Shown piece by piece: positions 44,578-56,216 of a DNA stretch of 64,000 nt. Position 1 is the first letter of the stretch. Every line of letters starts with the position of its first letter. Both the position numbers and the translations under genes were made by a program. A model generated the notes under the pieces. That model saw only the letters and a list, made by a program, of their open reading frames with translations. It was not told where the DNA came from and did not search any database. This stretch comes from an uncultured Alphaproteobacteria bacterium (lineage in GTDB: Bacteria > Pseudomonadota > Alphaproteobacteria > Rhizobiales > Xanthobacteraceae), in NCBI GenBank assembly GCA_963764445.1, contig CAVXSV010000004.1, positions 133,534-197,533 of the forward strand, given 5' to 3'.

Positions 44578-45959
44578 TTGGAACCCCGAGACATTGAGGG
44601 GAGCATCGACCGTGCAGGGCCGATGCAGGGCAAACCGACCGGGCGGGTGATCGTCATCGGCCCTTATCTTGCGACTGCGGCGCGGCGATACCGACACGTC
44701 CCAGTCGGGAAATACAGTGCGCGATTCCGACGCCCGGCTGGATGAAGCCGCCGGCCTTGCGCGCGCGATCGATCTCGACGTCGCCAAGGCGATCATTGCG
44801 CCGGTCACCCAGATCACGACCCGCGACATATCTCGGCAAGGGAAAGGTCGAGGAATTCGCCGGCTTGATCGCCGCCGAAGGCGCCGATCTGGTGGTGATG
44901 GATTGCGCGCTGTCGCCAATTCAGCAACGCAATCTGGAAAAGGCCTGGAGCACAAAGGTGCTCGACCGGACCGGCCTGATCCTCGAAATCTTCGGGCGCC
45001 GCGCCAAGACGAAGGAGGGCGCGCTTCAGGTCGAACTCGCCCACCTCAACTACCAGCGTAGCCGCCTGGTGCGCTCCTGGACCCATCTCGAACGGCAGCG
45101 CGGCGGCTTCGGCTTCATGGGCGGCCCCGGCGAAACCCAGATCGAGGCCGACCGCCGCCTGATCGGCAATCGCATCACGCGGCTGGAAAACGAACTGAAG
45201 AAGGTGCAGGCGACGCGGCGGCTGCATCGCGCCGGGCGGCAGCGCGTGCCTTATCGCGTGGTCGCGCTGGTCGGCTATACCAATGCCGGCAAATCGACGC
45301 TGTTCAACCGGATGACGCGCGCTGACGTGCAGGCCGCCGACATGCTGTTCGCGACCCTCGACCCGACGCTGCGCGCGCTGACGCTGCCGCACGGCGGCAA
45401 GGCCATGCTGTCGGACACCGTCGGATTCATATCCAATTTGCCGACCCAGCTTGTCGCCGCGTTTCGCGCGACGCTGGAAGAGGTGATGGAGGCGGATCGT
45501 TATTCTCCATGTTCGCGACATTTCGCACGAAGATGCCGAGGCGCAGCAGCACGATGTCGAGGCTGTGCTGCGTCAACTCGGCATCGATCCCGGACAAGGG
45601 GCGCGCATTCTCGAAGTCTGGAACAAGATCGATCGCTTCGACGCGGATCAGCGCGAAAATCTGGAAAACATCGCCGCGCGCCGGTCGGCCGAGGTGCCGT
45701 GTTTCCTCGTCTCCGCCGAAACCGGCGAGGGCTCGATACGCTGCTGGCGGCGATCGAGGATCGGCTGGCGGCGACCCGAACCACGCTGGACCTGTCGGTC
45801 GATGCCTCCGACGGCGCGGCGATCAGTTGGCTGCACCGCAATTCCGAAGTGCTCGCCAAGGAACTGCACGACGGCCGTTACGACATGACCGTCCGCGTCG
45901 ACGAGACCAAACGCGACATCGTCGTCAACCGGTACGCCGCGATACCGCACCCGCTTTGA
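44578..45959 (+). CDS. hflX: GTPase HflX (several indels; start approximate)
   Basis: [43 protein letters not shown]. Confidence 0.95.
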
Positions 45960-46083
45960 TGCCGAATTGCGCATCCTGCCCGATCTCCGCAAGGCAGGGT
46001 CGCGCGGGACGGACTTGACCGGCAAGGCGTCAGCACTATTCCATGCCATCAAGCAATCGCCGGAAGATCGCAGGGAGAATCTC

Positions 46084-47520
46084 GTGAGTTATCAAAACAC
46101 ATCGCTGCTGATCAACGGCAAGTGGCGCCCCAGCACATCCGGCAAGACCATCGCTGTGCTCAACCCTGCTACCGAAGAGCAGATCGGAACGGTGGCTCAT
46201 GCGGATCGTTCCGACCTCGACGAGGCGCTGGCCGCTGCCGACAAGGGCTTCAAGGTCTGGCGCGCCGTCGCACCCTTTGAGCGCGCCAAGATCATGCGCA
46301 AGGCGGCGACCTTGATGCGGGAGCGCGCCGACAAGATCGCGACGCTGATGACCATGGAGCAGGGCAAGGTTCTCGCTGAAGCCAGGATCGAGACGCTGGC
46401 GTCGGCCGACGTCATCGAATGGTTCGCCGAAGAATCCCGTCGCGCCTATGGCCGGTTGATTCCGGCGCGCGGGCCCGGCATTTACCAGATCGCGATCAAG
46501 GAGCCGGTCGGCCCGGTGGCGGCTTTCACGCCGTGGAATTTCCCGATCAATCAGGTCTGCCGCAAGCTGTCGGCCGCGCTTGCCGCCGGTTGCTCGATCA
46601 TCGTCAAGGCGCCCGAGGAAACGCCGGCGTCTCCGGCCGAATTGCTCCGCGCGTTCGTCGATGCGGGCGTGCCCGACGGCGTCATCAATCTGGTGTTCGG
46701 CGTGCCGGCCGAGATTTCCGACTACCTGATCCCGCATCCGATCATTCGGAAGATGTCGTTCACGGGCTCGACCGCGGTGGGCAAGCAACTCGCAGCGCTG
46801 GCCGGACTGCACATGAAGCGTGCGACGATGGAGCTTGGCGGGCACGCGCCGGCAATCGTGTTCAACGACGCCGACATTGCAAGCGCTGTGAAGATCATCG
46901 CGGGCGCCAAATTCCGTAACGCCGGCCAGGTCTGCATCGCGCCGACGCGTCTTCTCGTGCAGGACAACGTCTACAAGGATTTTGTCGGCAAGTTCACGGA
47001 AGCCGCCAAGGCGATCAAGGTCGGCAACGGACTCGACGCCGATTCCAAGATGGGCTCGCTCGCCAATCCGCGCCGCGTCACTGCCATCGAAGACTTCGTG
47101 CAGGACGCGATCGGTAAAGGCGGCAAGCTCACGGCGGGCGGTCATCGCGTCGGCAACAAGGGTTATTTCTTCGAGCCGACCGTCGTCGCTGACGTACCGA
47201 AGGACGCCCGCGCCATGAACGAGGAACCGTTCGGTCCGCTGGCGCTGATCTCACCGTTCTCGACCTTCGACGAGGTCGCGGAGGAGGCGAACCGTCTGCC
47301 GTATGGCCTCGCGTCCTATGCGTTCACCAGTTCGACGAAGACGGCGACCGCCATCGGTGCTGCGATCGAGAGCGGCATGGTGGCGATCAACAATGCCGGC
47401 CTCGGCATGCCGGAAAATCCGTTCGGAGGCGTCAAGGATTCCGGCTACGGCTCCGAAGGCGGTACCGAGGCGATGGAGGCCTATCTCAACACCAAGTTCA
47501 TCAGCCAGAGCGGCGTGTGA
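46084..47520 (+). CDS. NAD(P)-dependent aldehyde dehydrogenase (succinate-semialdehyde dehydrogenase-like)
   Basis: PWNFP, FTGST, MELGG, NAGQVC, EEPFGP. Confidence 0.93.
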   Translation: MSYQNTSLLINGKWRPSTSGKTIAVLNPATEEQIGTVAHADRSDLDEALAAADKGFKVWRAVAPFERAKIMRKAATLMRERADKIATLMTMEQGKVLAEARIETLASADVIEWFAEESRRAYGRLIPARGPGIYQIAIKEPVGPVAAFTPWNFPINQVCRKLSAALAAGCSIIVKAPEETPASPAELLRAFVDAGVPDGVINLVFGVPAEISDYLIPHPIIRKMSFTGSTAVGKQLAALAGLHMKRATMELGGHAPAIVFNDADIASAVKIIAGAKFRNAGQVCIAPTRLLVQDNVYKDFVGKFTEAAKAIKVGNGLDADSKMGSLANPRRVTAIEDFVQDAIGKGGKLTAGGHRVGNKGYFFEPTVVADVPKDARAMNEEPFGPLALISPFSTFDEVAEEANRLPYGLASYAFTSSTKTATAIGAAIESGMVAINNAGLGMPENPFGGVKDSGYGSEGGTEAMEAYLNTKFISQSGV

Positions 47521-47573
47521 GCTGATCTGCAACAGCGGGAACTCCACGGATTCGCGGAAATTCGCTGACGATG

Positions 47574-48396
47574 TCAGGCTCTTTCCTGCGTCTTCGCCTC
47601 GTTCCAGAGCGCGTCCATTTCGGCAAGAGACGCGCCCTCCAGCGTGCGAGCCGCTTCGCAGCAAGCGTCCGTTCGATATAGCCGAACCGCCGCTCGAATT
47701 TCGCATTGGCCTCGCGCAGCGCCATTTCAGGATCGGCATCGACATGACGTGCGAGGTTGACGAGCGCGAACATGAGATCGCCGGTCTCAGACGCGATGTC
47801 GGACTTGTCACCACGATCCAGCGCCGCTTCGATCTCGTCGGCTTCCTCGCGGATCTTGTCGAGCACGGCACGCGGATCGTTCCAGTCGAATCCGACCGTC
47901 GAGGCCTTTTGCTGAAGGGCCATTGCTCTCGCCAACGCAGGTTGTCCCGCCTTGACGTCTGCGAGCAGGCCGAGGCGAGCGCTTCTTCGCATCGGCTTAC
48001 GCGCGGCGCGCTCGGCTTTTTCCTCCGTCTTGATGCGTTCCCAAGTACCCTTGACGTCTGTGGCGCAATGGTGCCCGAACTGTCGGCAAACACATGCGGA
48101 TGCCTGCGGATCATCTTGCGCGTGATGGCCTCGACCACGTCGCCGAACGAAAAGGCGTTCTGCTCTTCGGCCATGCGGGCGTGAAACACCACCTGCAACA
48201 GCAGATCGCCGAGTTCATCGCAGAGATCGATCAGATCGTTGCGCACGATCGCGTCCGTCACCTCGTAGGCTTCTTCGATGGTGTAGGGCGCAATGGTCGC
48301 AAACGTCTGTTCGAGATCCCACGGACAGCCGGTGCCGGGCGTTCTCAGTTGCGCCATGATCTCGATCAGGCGTGAAATATCGCGGGAAGGGGTCAT
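47574..48396 (-). CDS. mazG: Nucleoside triphosphate pyrophosphohydrolase MazG (several indels)
   Basis: [41 protein letters not shown]. Confidence 0.95.
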
Positions 48397-48534
48397 CGGT
48401 TCACCGGTATCAAGACGGAATTCGGACTATCTCTATGCCGCAAGCCGCGCCGCCGTCCCAGCAAAAAGCGGGTGGACCGGCCACGCAATCGCAGCCGATT
48501 GGCGCGGGTGTCGATGGATGCTATTGGCATCGTC

Positions 48535-49252
48535 ATGACCGATCAGCCCGCGTCTCGAACCGCACTGGTGCTGTTTTCCGGAGGACAGGACTCCGCGACC
48601 TGCCTTGCCTGGGCGCTGCAACGCTTCGCGCATGTCGAAACGCTGGGCTTCGATTACGGCCAGCGCCACGCGATCGAACTCGACTGCCGCGACACGTTGC
48701 TCGCGGGCATGAAATCGCTGCGTCCGGACTGGGCGGAGAAACTCGGTGAGAGCCATACGCTCGCCATTCCGACGCTGGCGGAGATTTCCGATACCGCACT
48801 GACCCGGAACGTCGCGATCGAAATGGGCGAGGGCGGATTGCCGAATACGTTCGTACCCGGCCGAAATCTCGTGTTCCTGACCTTCGCGACGGCGCTGGCC
48901 TACCGGCGCGACATGACGCAATATCGTCGGTGGCATGTGCGAGACCGATTATTCCGGCTATCCGGATTGTCGCGATGAAACCATCAAGGCCCTGCAGACC
49001 GCACTCAATCTCGGAATGGACAAACAGTTTGAATTGCACACGCCGCTGATGTGGCTCGACAAGGCCGCGACGTGGTCGCTTGCGCACGAACTTGGCGGAG
49101 CGGGGCTGGTCGATCTGATCCGCGAACACTCGCACACCTGTTATCTCGGCGAGCGCGGCGCGCAGCATGACTGGGGCTATGGCTGCGGCGAGTGCCCGGC
49201 ATGCAGATTGCGCGCAAACGGATGGCGCACGTACGCGGCGCGCGCGGCTTAA
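48535..49252 (+). CDS. queC: 7-cyano-7-deazaguanine synthase (indel near 48915)
   Basis: SGGQDS, YGQRH, FVPGRN, GYPDCR, CGECPAC. Confidence 0.96.
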
Positions 49253-49404
49253 CGGAAGCCTCGGTCTCAATTGCGGCCGACGGCATGATCCCAGGCGCGT
49301 AGTTCGATCGCACGGACCGCGCTGGCCGTCTGTAATTCGCATAAGGTATATTATGGAATATCTACTGGCGATGTTTCACCTAGCGTACCCGGTAGCAAAA
49401 TCAG

Positions 49405-49602
49405 CTACTTGCCGGCCAAAACATAACGCGTCCCGCGACCGAAACCCCAAACTAGTGCGGCGCCGCCAAAGCCAATTGCGAGGGCTTGGCCCGTCACGTC
49501 ATTCCGATCACTAGTGGTCATCAGGTACAGCACAAAGGCAAGCCAGCCCGCGGCCGCCACACAGGCTCCCCAATACATGGCATTACCGATCCTCGTAGTC
49601 AT
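49405..49602 (-). CDS. Small two-TM membrane protein
   Basis: AGGA RBS; two hydrophobic segments; ends RYVLAGK. Confidence 0.65.
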   Translation of the reverse strand: MTTRIGNAMYWGACVAAAGWLAFVLYLMTTSDRNDVTGQALAIGFGGAALVWGFGRGTRYVLAGK

Positions 49603-49773
49603 GTTTCTGGTTCCTAAAGTTTCACCACACGGCTTTAAAGGCGGACTCGCGCTCATATTCCTATCTATTTGGAGCGAGACTACAAAGGCTTATCGACGTT
49701 TGTTGCAATTACCGTGGGGCGGTTCGTATCATGGGGACCTGCTGAACGACAACGGCCTCAGGAGACGATTCAG

Positions 49774-50793
49774 ATGGGTTTTTCACGGCGTACCATGCTG
49801 AAGGCGACGGCGGCGACGGCTATCCTGGGCAGCGTTGGAGCGCCGTTCGTGGCACGCGCCGAGAAGGCCGAGTTCACTTACAAATACGCCAACAACCTGC
49901 CGGATTCGCACCCGCTGAACATTCGGGCCCAGGAAATGTCGGCAGCGATCAAGACCGAAACCAATGGACGCGTCGATCTGCAAATATTCCCCAGCAACCA
50001 ACTTGGCTCCGACACCGACATACTCAGCCAGATCCGTTCCGGTGGCGTTGAATTTTTCACGCTGTCCGGTCTGATCCTGGCCACGCTGGTTCCGGCTGCA
50101 TCGATCAACGGCATCGGTTTCGCGTTTCCGGACTACGCCACGGTGTGGAAGGCTATGGATGGCGAACTTGGCGCGTATATCCGTGGCGAGATTACCAAGT
50201 CCAATCTCGTGGTGATGGACAAGATCTGGGACAACGGTTTCCGGCAGACCACGTCTTCGACCAGGCCGATCAACGGACCGAATGACTTCAAGGGTTTCAA
50301 GATCCGAGTGCCAGTGTCCCCGCTCTGGATTTCGATGTTCAAGGCGTTTGACGCCTCGCCTGCCTCGATCAACTTCAACGAGGTCTATTCGGCCCTGCAG
50401 ACCAAAATCGTCGAAGGTCAGGAAAACCCGCTCGCGTTGATCTCCACGGCCAAGCTATATGAGGTTCAAAAATACTGCTCACTAACCAACCACATGTGGG
50501 ACGGATTCTGGTTCCTCGCCAACCGCCGCGCGTGGGAGGCGCTTCCGGCCGATCTCCGCACCATCGTCGCCAGGAACATCAATGCCGCGGCGATCAAGGA
50601 ACGTGAGGATATCGAGAAGCTGAATGTGACGGTCAAGGCCGACCTCGCCGGCAAGGGGCTGACCTTCAATCAGCCTGACGTTATCCCATTCCGCGACAAG
50701 CTGCGTTCCGCCGGTTTCTATTCCGAATGGAAGGTCAAATACGGCGATCAGGCGTGGTCGTTGCTCGAGAAGTCGGTCGGCGAACTGGCATAG
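49774..50793 (+). CDS. TRAP transporter substrate-binding protein (DctP family), Tat signal
   Basis: SRRTMLK Tat motif; GFKIRVP, EVYSALQ..VEGQENP. Confidence 0.93.
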   Translation: MGFSRRTMLKATAATAILGSVGAPFVARAEKAEFTYKYANNLPDSHPLNIRAQEMSAAIKTETNGRVDLQIFPSNQLGSDTDILSQIRSGGVEFFTLSGLILATLVPAASINGIGFAFPDYATVWKAMDGELGAYIRGEITKSNLVVMDKIWDNGFRQTTSSTRPINGPNDFKGFKIRVPVSPLWISMFKAFDASPASINFNEVYSALQTKIVEGQENPLALISTAKLYEVQKYCSLTNHMWDGFWFLANRRAWEALPADLRTIVARNINAAAIKEREDIEKLNVTVKADLAGKGLTFNQPDVIPFRDKLRSAGFYSEWKVKYGDQAWSLLEKSVGELA

Positions 50794-50821
50794 GGCCAGC
50801 CTCGGACGACAAGGGGTCGAG

Positions 50822-52711
50822 ATGGCTCGCGCCGAAGTCACGGGAACGACGGCTGACGCGGAAACGCCAGATTTCCCTAGCCGGCGTTCGCTCGGGGCAT
50901 TGCTCGACGCTTATCTCGGATATCTCGTCGAAGTGCCGGCCGCGGCGCTTGTTGTAGCGGAGATCGTGGTGTTGTTCGCGGGCGTGGTTTTTCGCTACCT
51001 GCTGCACCAGCCCCTGATCTGGTCGGACGAACTGGCGTCGATCCTGTTTCTCTGGCTTGCGATGCTGGGCGCGGTGGTGGCCTTCCGCCGCGGCGAGCAT
51101 ATGCGCATGACCGCACTGGTCGCGCGAGCCAGCCCCGCGCACCGTGCTTTCCTCGATGTGGTCGCCATCTGCGCGGCCCTCGTTTTCCTGCTGTTGATCA
51201 CCCGCCCCTCGTGGGACTACGCCTACGAAGAAAGCTTCATCACCACGCCGGCGTTGCAGATCTCCAATATGTGGCGCGCCGCAGCGCTGCCCGTCGGGAT
51301 GACGCTGATGGCCGCCTTTGCGCTGCTGCGGCTGGCACGCACCGGGAATATCCGCACCCTACTCCGCGCAGCCGCAACGGTCGCCGTTATCATTTGGGTG
51401 TTCTGGTTCGCCCAGCCGATTCTGCGGCCGTTGGGTAATTTGAACCTCGTGATCTTCTTCGTCGGCGTGGCCGGATTCTGCGTGTTCGCCGGCGTGCCGA
51501 TCGCCTTCGGATTTGGCCTTGCGATCTTCGGATATCTGGCTCTGACCACGCGGACGCCGCTGATGGTGCTGGTCGGCCGGATGGACGAGGGCATGAGTCA
51601 CCTGATCCTGCTCGCCGTGCCCTTGTTCGTCTTCCTCGGCCTGCTGATCGAGATGACCGGCATGGCGCGGGCCATGGTGGCGTTTCTTGCCAGTCTGCTG
51701 GGCCACGTTCGCGGCGGCCTGCATTACGTGCTGGTCGGGGCAATGTATCTGGTGTCCGGCATTTCCGGCTCCAAGGCCGCGGACATGGCGGCTGTGGCGC
51801 CGGTGTTGTTTCCGGAGATGAAGAAACGCGGAGCCAAACCAGGCGATCTCGTCGCCCTGCTCGCGGCCACCGGCGCCCAGACCGAAACCATTCCGCCGAG
51901 CCTGGTGCTGATCACGATCGGTTCGGTGACCGGCGTGTCGATCGCGGCTCTGTTCACCGGCGGTCTGCTGCCCGACGTCGTGCTGGCGATCACACTGTCG
52001 GCGTTGGTGTGGTGGCGGTATCGCGGCGAGAACCTGAGCCACGTCAGGAAGGCCGGGATCGGCGAGATTGCCCGGACCTTCGTTGTTGCCCTGCCCGCGC
52101 TGGCGTTGCCGTTCGTGATCCGTGCGGCGGTCGTCGAGGGAGTTGCCACGGCAACGGAGGTTTCGACCATCGGCATCGTCTATGCCGTTCTGGCGGGCCT
52201 ACTGCTCTACCGTCAGTTCGACTGGCGGCGATTGTTGCCGATGCTGATTGAAACCGCCTCTCTGTCCGGTGCGATCCTGCTCATCATCGGAACAGCGACC
52301 GGGATGGCCTGGGGACTGACGCAGTCGGGCTTTTCACGGGCGCTGGCGGCTGCGATGACCGGTATGCCGGGCGGCAGCGCCACGTTCATCGCCGTCTCGA
52401 TCGTGGCCTTCACCATTCTCGGCAGCGTGCTTGAGGGTATCCCGGCTGTCGTGCTGTTTGGTCCGCTGCTGTTTCCCATTGCCAAGGCCGTTGGAGTTCA
52501 CGAGGTCCACTACGCGATAATCATCATTCTCGCGATGGGCATGGGCCTGTTCGCGCCGCCCTTCGGTGTCGGTTATTATGCGGCCTGCGCCATTGGTCGC
52601 GTTGATCCGGCCGAGGGGATCAGGCCAATCTGGGGTTACATGCTGGCGCTGCTGATTGGATTGATCATTGTCGCGGCGTTTCCATGGATTTCGATTGGAT
52701 TTCTGAAATAA
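50822..52711 (+). CDS. TRAP transporter fused small+large permease (DctQM)
   Basis: DctQ-like WSDEL..W..MLG..RRGEH then DctM-like SGISGS, IPPS, PPFG. Confidence 0.92.
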   Translation: MARAEVTGTTADAETPDFPSRRSLGALLDAYLGYLVEVPAAALVVAEIVVLFAGVVFRYLLHQPLIWSDELASILFLWLAMLGAVVAFRRGEHMRMTALVARASPAHRAFLDVVAICAALVFLLLITRPSWDYAYEESFITTPALQISNMWRAAALPVGMTLMAAFALLRLARTGNIRTLLRAAATVAVIIWVFWFAQPILRPLGNLNLVIFFVGVAGFCVFAGVPIAFGFGLAIFGYLALTTRTPLMVLVGRMDEGMSHLILLAVPLFVFLGLLIEMTGMARAMVAFLASLLGHVRGGLHYVLVGAMYLVSGISGSKAADMAAVAPVLFPEMKKRGAKPGDLVALLAATGAQTETIPPSLVLITIGSVTGVSIAALFTGGLLPDVVLAITLSALVWWRYRGENLSHVRKAGIGEIARTFVVALPALALPFVIRAAVVEGVATATEVSTIGIVYAVLAGLLLYRQFDWRRLLPMLIETASLSGAILLIIGTATGMAWGLTQSGFSRALAAAMTGMPGGSATFIAVSIVAFTILGSVLEGIPAVVLFGPLLFPIAKAVGVHEVHYAIIIILAMGMGLFAPPFGVGYYAACAIGRVDPAEGIRPIWGYMLALLIGLIIVAAFPWISIGFLK

Positions 52712-52802
52712 CCAAGGTTAGTTAGGCTTCTGATCTCCATTTTCTTATGTAGATGGAGTGGAAGACAAAGAGTCCTTCGTAAGACCTTGAAGGGTGAGAC
52801 AT

Positions 52803-54449
52803 ATGCTCGAAAATCAATACAATGTTGGTCTGGACAAAAACCCCGCCAACTTCGTACCGCTGTCGCCGCTGAGCTTTCTTGAACGGAGCGCGGCGGTGTA
52901 TCCCGGCCTGCCGAGCGCGGTCTACGAGGGGCGCATTTTCACTTGGGCTGAGACCTACGCCCGCTGCCGGCGCTTCGCGTCGTTTCTGAGCGAGTCGCGG
53001 CGTCAAGCTGGGCGATACCGTCGCGGCGATGCTGCCGAACATCCCAGCCATGAACGAGGCCCATTTCGCGGTGCCAATGACGGGTGCCGTTCTCAACCCG
53101 CTCAATATCCGCCTCGAGGCGGCTTCTCTCGCCTTCATGCTGGATCACGGCGGCGCCAAGGTCATTCTGGTCGACCCGGAATTCTCGGGCGTCATCGCCG
53201 AGGCGCTGGCGCTGATGACGGGCCCCAAACCGTTTGTGATCGACGTGGATGATGCGGCCGTTTCCGGGCGGCATACGCATCGGCGAAATCGAATATGAAA
53301 CCGCTCTGGCCGCAGGCGATCCGACCTTCGTCGCGGTGCCGCCGCAGGACGAATGGGACGCAATCGCGCTCAGCTACACTTCCGGCACCACGGGCAACCC
53401 AAGGGCGTCGTCACGCACCATCGCGGCGCCTATCTCAATGCGGTCAGCAATATTCTCGCCGGCAATCTCGGCCAGCATCCGGTCTATCTCTGGACGCTGC
53501 CGATGTTTCACTGCAACGGCTGGTGCTTCCCGTGGAGCATTGCCGCAACGGCAGGCGTGAACGTCTGCCTGCGCAAGGTCGATCCCGCCAAGATTTTCGA
53601 GCTGATCTCAAAGCACAGCGTCACCCACATGTGCGGCGCGCCGATCGTCTACAACACCCTGATCAACGCGCCCGGTGCTCCCAAGGGCAAGGCACGCCTG
53701 CCCGATCGTCGGGCTGATCGCCGGTGCCGCGCCGCCGGTCGCCGTGCTCGAGGGCGCCGAAAGCATCGGCATCAAGCTGACCCATGTTTACGGGCTGACC
53801 GAAGTCTACGGTCCCGCCGCCGTCTGCGCTGAACAGCCCGGCTGGGATGCCCTTCCCGCCGACCAGCGCGCGCAACTCAAGCGGCGGCAGGGCGTGTCCT
53901 ATCCACTTGAGGAAGCCATTACCGTCCTTGACCCCGAAACGATGCGCGAGGTGCCGCGCAACGGCGAGACCATCGGCGAGGTCATGTTCCGCGGCAACAT
54001 CGTGATGAAGGGATACCTCAAGAACGAGGCGGCGACGAAGGCAGCCTTCGCCGACGGCTGGTTTCATACCGGCGATCTCGGCGTGCTCGACGAGCACGGC
54101 TATGTCATCATCAAGGATCGCTCCAAGGACATCATCATTTCCGGCGGCGAGAATATCTCCTCGGTCGAGGTCGAGGACATTCTCTACAAGCATCCCGGCG
54201 GTGCTGTTCGCGGCCGTGGTCGCCAAACCCGATGCCAAGTGGGGCGAGGTGCCCTGCGCCTTCGTCGAACTGAAGGACGGCGCCCGTGCGACCGAGGTTG
54301 AGATCATCGGCTATTGCCGCGAGCACATGCCGGGATTCAAGACGCCGAAGGCTGTGGTGTTCGGGACTATTCCGAAGACCTCGACTGGCAAGATCCAGAA
54401 GTTCTTGCTGCGCGAACAGGTCAATTCGGCAAAGGCGATCTCGGCTTGA
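52803..54449 (+). CDS. Acyl-CoA synthetase / AMP-binding protein (several indels)
   Basis: YTSGTTGNPKG, YGLTE, GWFHTGD, DRSKDIIISGGENI, TGKIQK across frames. Confidence 0.93.
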
Positions 54450-54585
54450 GCTGGGGCGTCATCGAGAAAGCCGCTCCCTGACGGACACACGAAAAACGTC
54501 ATGCTCCGCGAAGACGGAGCATCCGGTATTCCAGCATTCGGCTTTTTGTACCGGATCGTCCGCATTGCCGACGATGATGCAGCCG

Positions 54586-55411
54586 CTATTCGAGCGTTGA
54601 GAAAAGGCTGGTGCGGCCAATCTCAAGCCGCATTCCGTCATAGGCCGGCACGACATTTCCTGGCAACTCGTGGCGCAGCGCCTCGTAGTCCAGATCGGAG
54701 TGCATGTTAGTGAAGACGGCACGCTTCGGCTTGAAACGGTCGATCCATGACAACGCATCTGTGACACTGAAATGGCTGGGATGTTGCGCGTAGCGCAGAG
54801 CGTCGATGATCCACAGATCAAGATTTTCCAGAGCCTGCCAGCTTTCGTGCGGAATATCATGCACGTCGGGCGTATAGGCAACGTTGCCGATCCGATAGCC
54901 AAGCGACGGGATATTGCCGTGCTGCACAAGAAAGGCCGACAGTGTGAGCGCACCGCCCTTGCCGTCGATGATTTGGCTTTCTCCCGCCTCGATAGAGCAG
55001 CTGTCCAGGATCGGCGGATAGCCGCTGCCTTCGGGTGACACGAAGCAGTATGAAAAACGCGACAAGATCTCCTTGGACGTCGATTGATTAAGATACACCG
55101 GAATCCGGCGGCGCTGATGCAGTACGACGGAGCGCAGGTCATCGATCCCGTGGGTCTGGTCGGCGTGTTCGTGCGTGAGAAACACCGCATCAATGTGATC
55201 GACATTGGCGTCGATCAACTGCTCGCGCAGGTCGGGCGAGGTGTCGATCACGACACGCGTTGTCCCCTGCTCCGACGTGCGCTCGACCATCAGCGAGCAG
55301 CGACGGCGGCGGTTTTTCGGATTGTTCGGAATCGCAGGCGCCCCAGCCTAGCGCCGGACGTGGTACACCGGCTGACGATCCGCAGCCAAGGATGGTCAGT
55401 GTCACCGTCAT
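54586..55411 (-). CDS. Metallo-beta-lactamase fold hydrolase (PhnP-like; indel near 55330)
   Basis: ILGCGSSAGVP, THEHADQTHG, YDG. Confidence 0.92.
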
Positions 55412-56202
55412 GCGGCTCGGCTCCATGCGCGGCACCTTACTGAACAGCCGGAAGAAGTTCTCGGTGGTCTGCCGTGAAATCTCTTCGAAGCGAAACGCCG
55501 CGCGTATCGGCCAGCACCTTTGCCGTTTCGACAACGTAGGAAGGTTCGTTGCGCTTGCCGCGAAACTTGCCGGGCGCGAGATACGGCGCGTCGGTTTCGA
55601 CAAGAATCCGGTCTGGCAGGCAATTCCGCAGCGAGCGCGCGCAATACATCGGATTTCTTGAAGGTCAGGATGCCTGTAAACCCGATATACAATCCAAGCG
55701 CGACCGCCTTCATCGCGAGTTCACGGCCGCCGGTGTAGCAATGCAGCACGGCGCGAAACGCGCCCTTCGCCATTTCCTCGTCGAGGATGCGCCCGCAATC
55801 CTCGTCCGCCTCGCGGGTATGGATCACCAGCGGCAAACCGGTGGCGCGCGCGGCGGCGATGTGGGTACGAAATCCCCGCGCCTGCGCGTCGCGCGAGCCG
55901 TGCTCGTAGAAATAGTCCAGTCCCGCCTCCCCCAGCGCTACGACCTTGGAATTTTGCGTCAGTGCGATCAACTCGTCGGCTGAAATGCCATCCTCCTCGT
56001 CGGCCTGATGCGGATGAGTGCCGACGGAACAGTAGACGTTTGGAAAGCGCGCCGTAATCGCGAGCAAGGCGTCGATCCGGCGTATGCGCGTCGATATCGT
56101 CACGATGCGCCCGATGCCGGCAGCTTCTGCGCGCAAAATGATTCCGTCGAGATCGTCGGCGAAATCGGGAAAGTCGAGATGGCAGTGACTATCGACAAGC
56201 AT
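55408..56202 (-). CDS. tatD: TatD-family hydrolase (compensating indels near 55620 and 55490)
   Basis: [30 protein letters not shown] in a second frame. Confidence 0.95.
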   Translation of the reverse strand: MLVDSHCHLDFPDFADDLDGIILRAEAAGIGRIVTISTRIRRIDALLAITARFPNVYCSVGTHPHQADEEDGISADELIALTQNSKVVALGEAGLDYFYEHGSRDAQARGFRTHIAAARATGLPLVIHTREADEDCGRILDEEMAKGAFRAVLHCYTGGRELAMKAVALGLYIGFTGILTFKKSDVLRALAAELPARPDSCRNRRAVSRARQVSRQAQRTFLRCRNGKGAGRYARRFASKRFHGRPPRTSSGCSVRCRAWSRAA

Positions 56203-56216
56203 CGGCGATCAACTGC

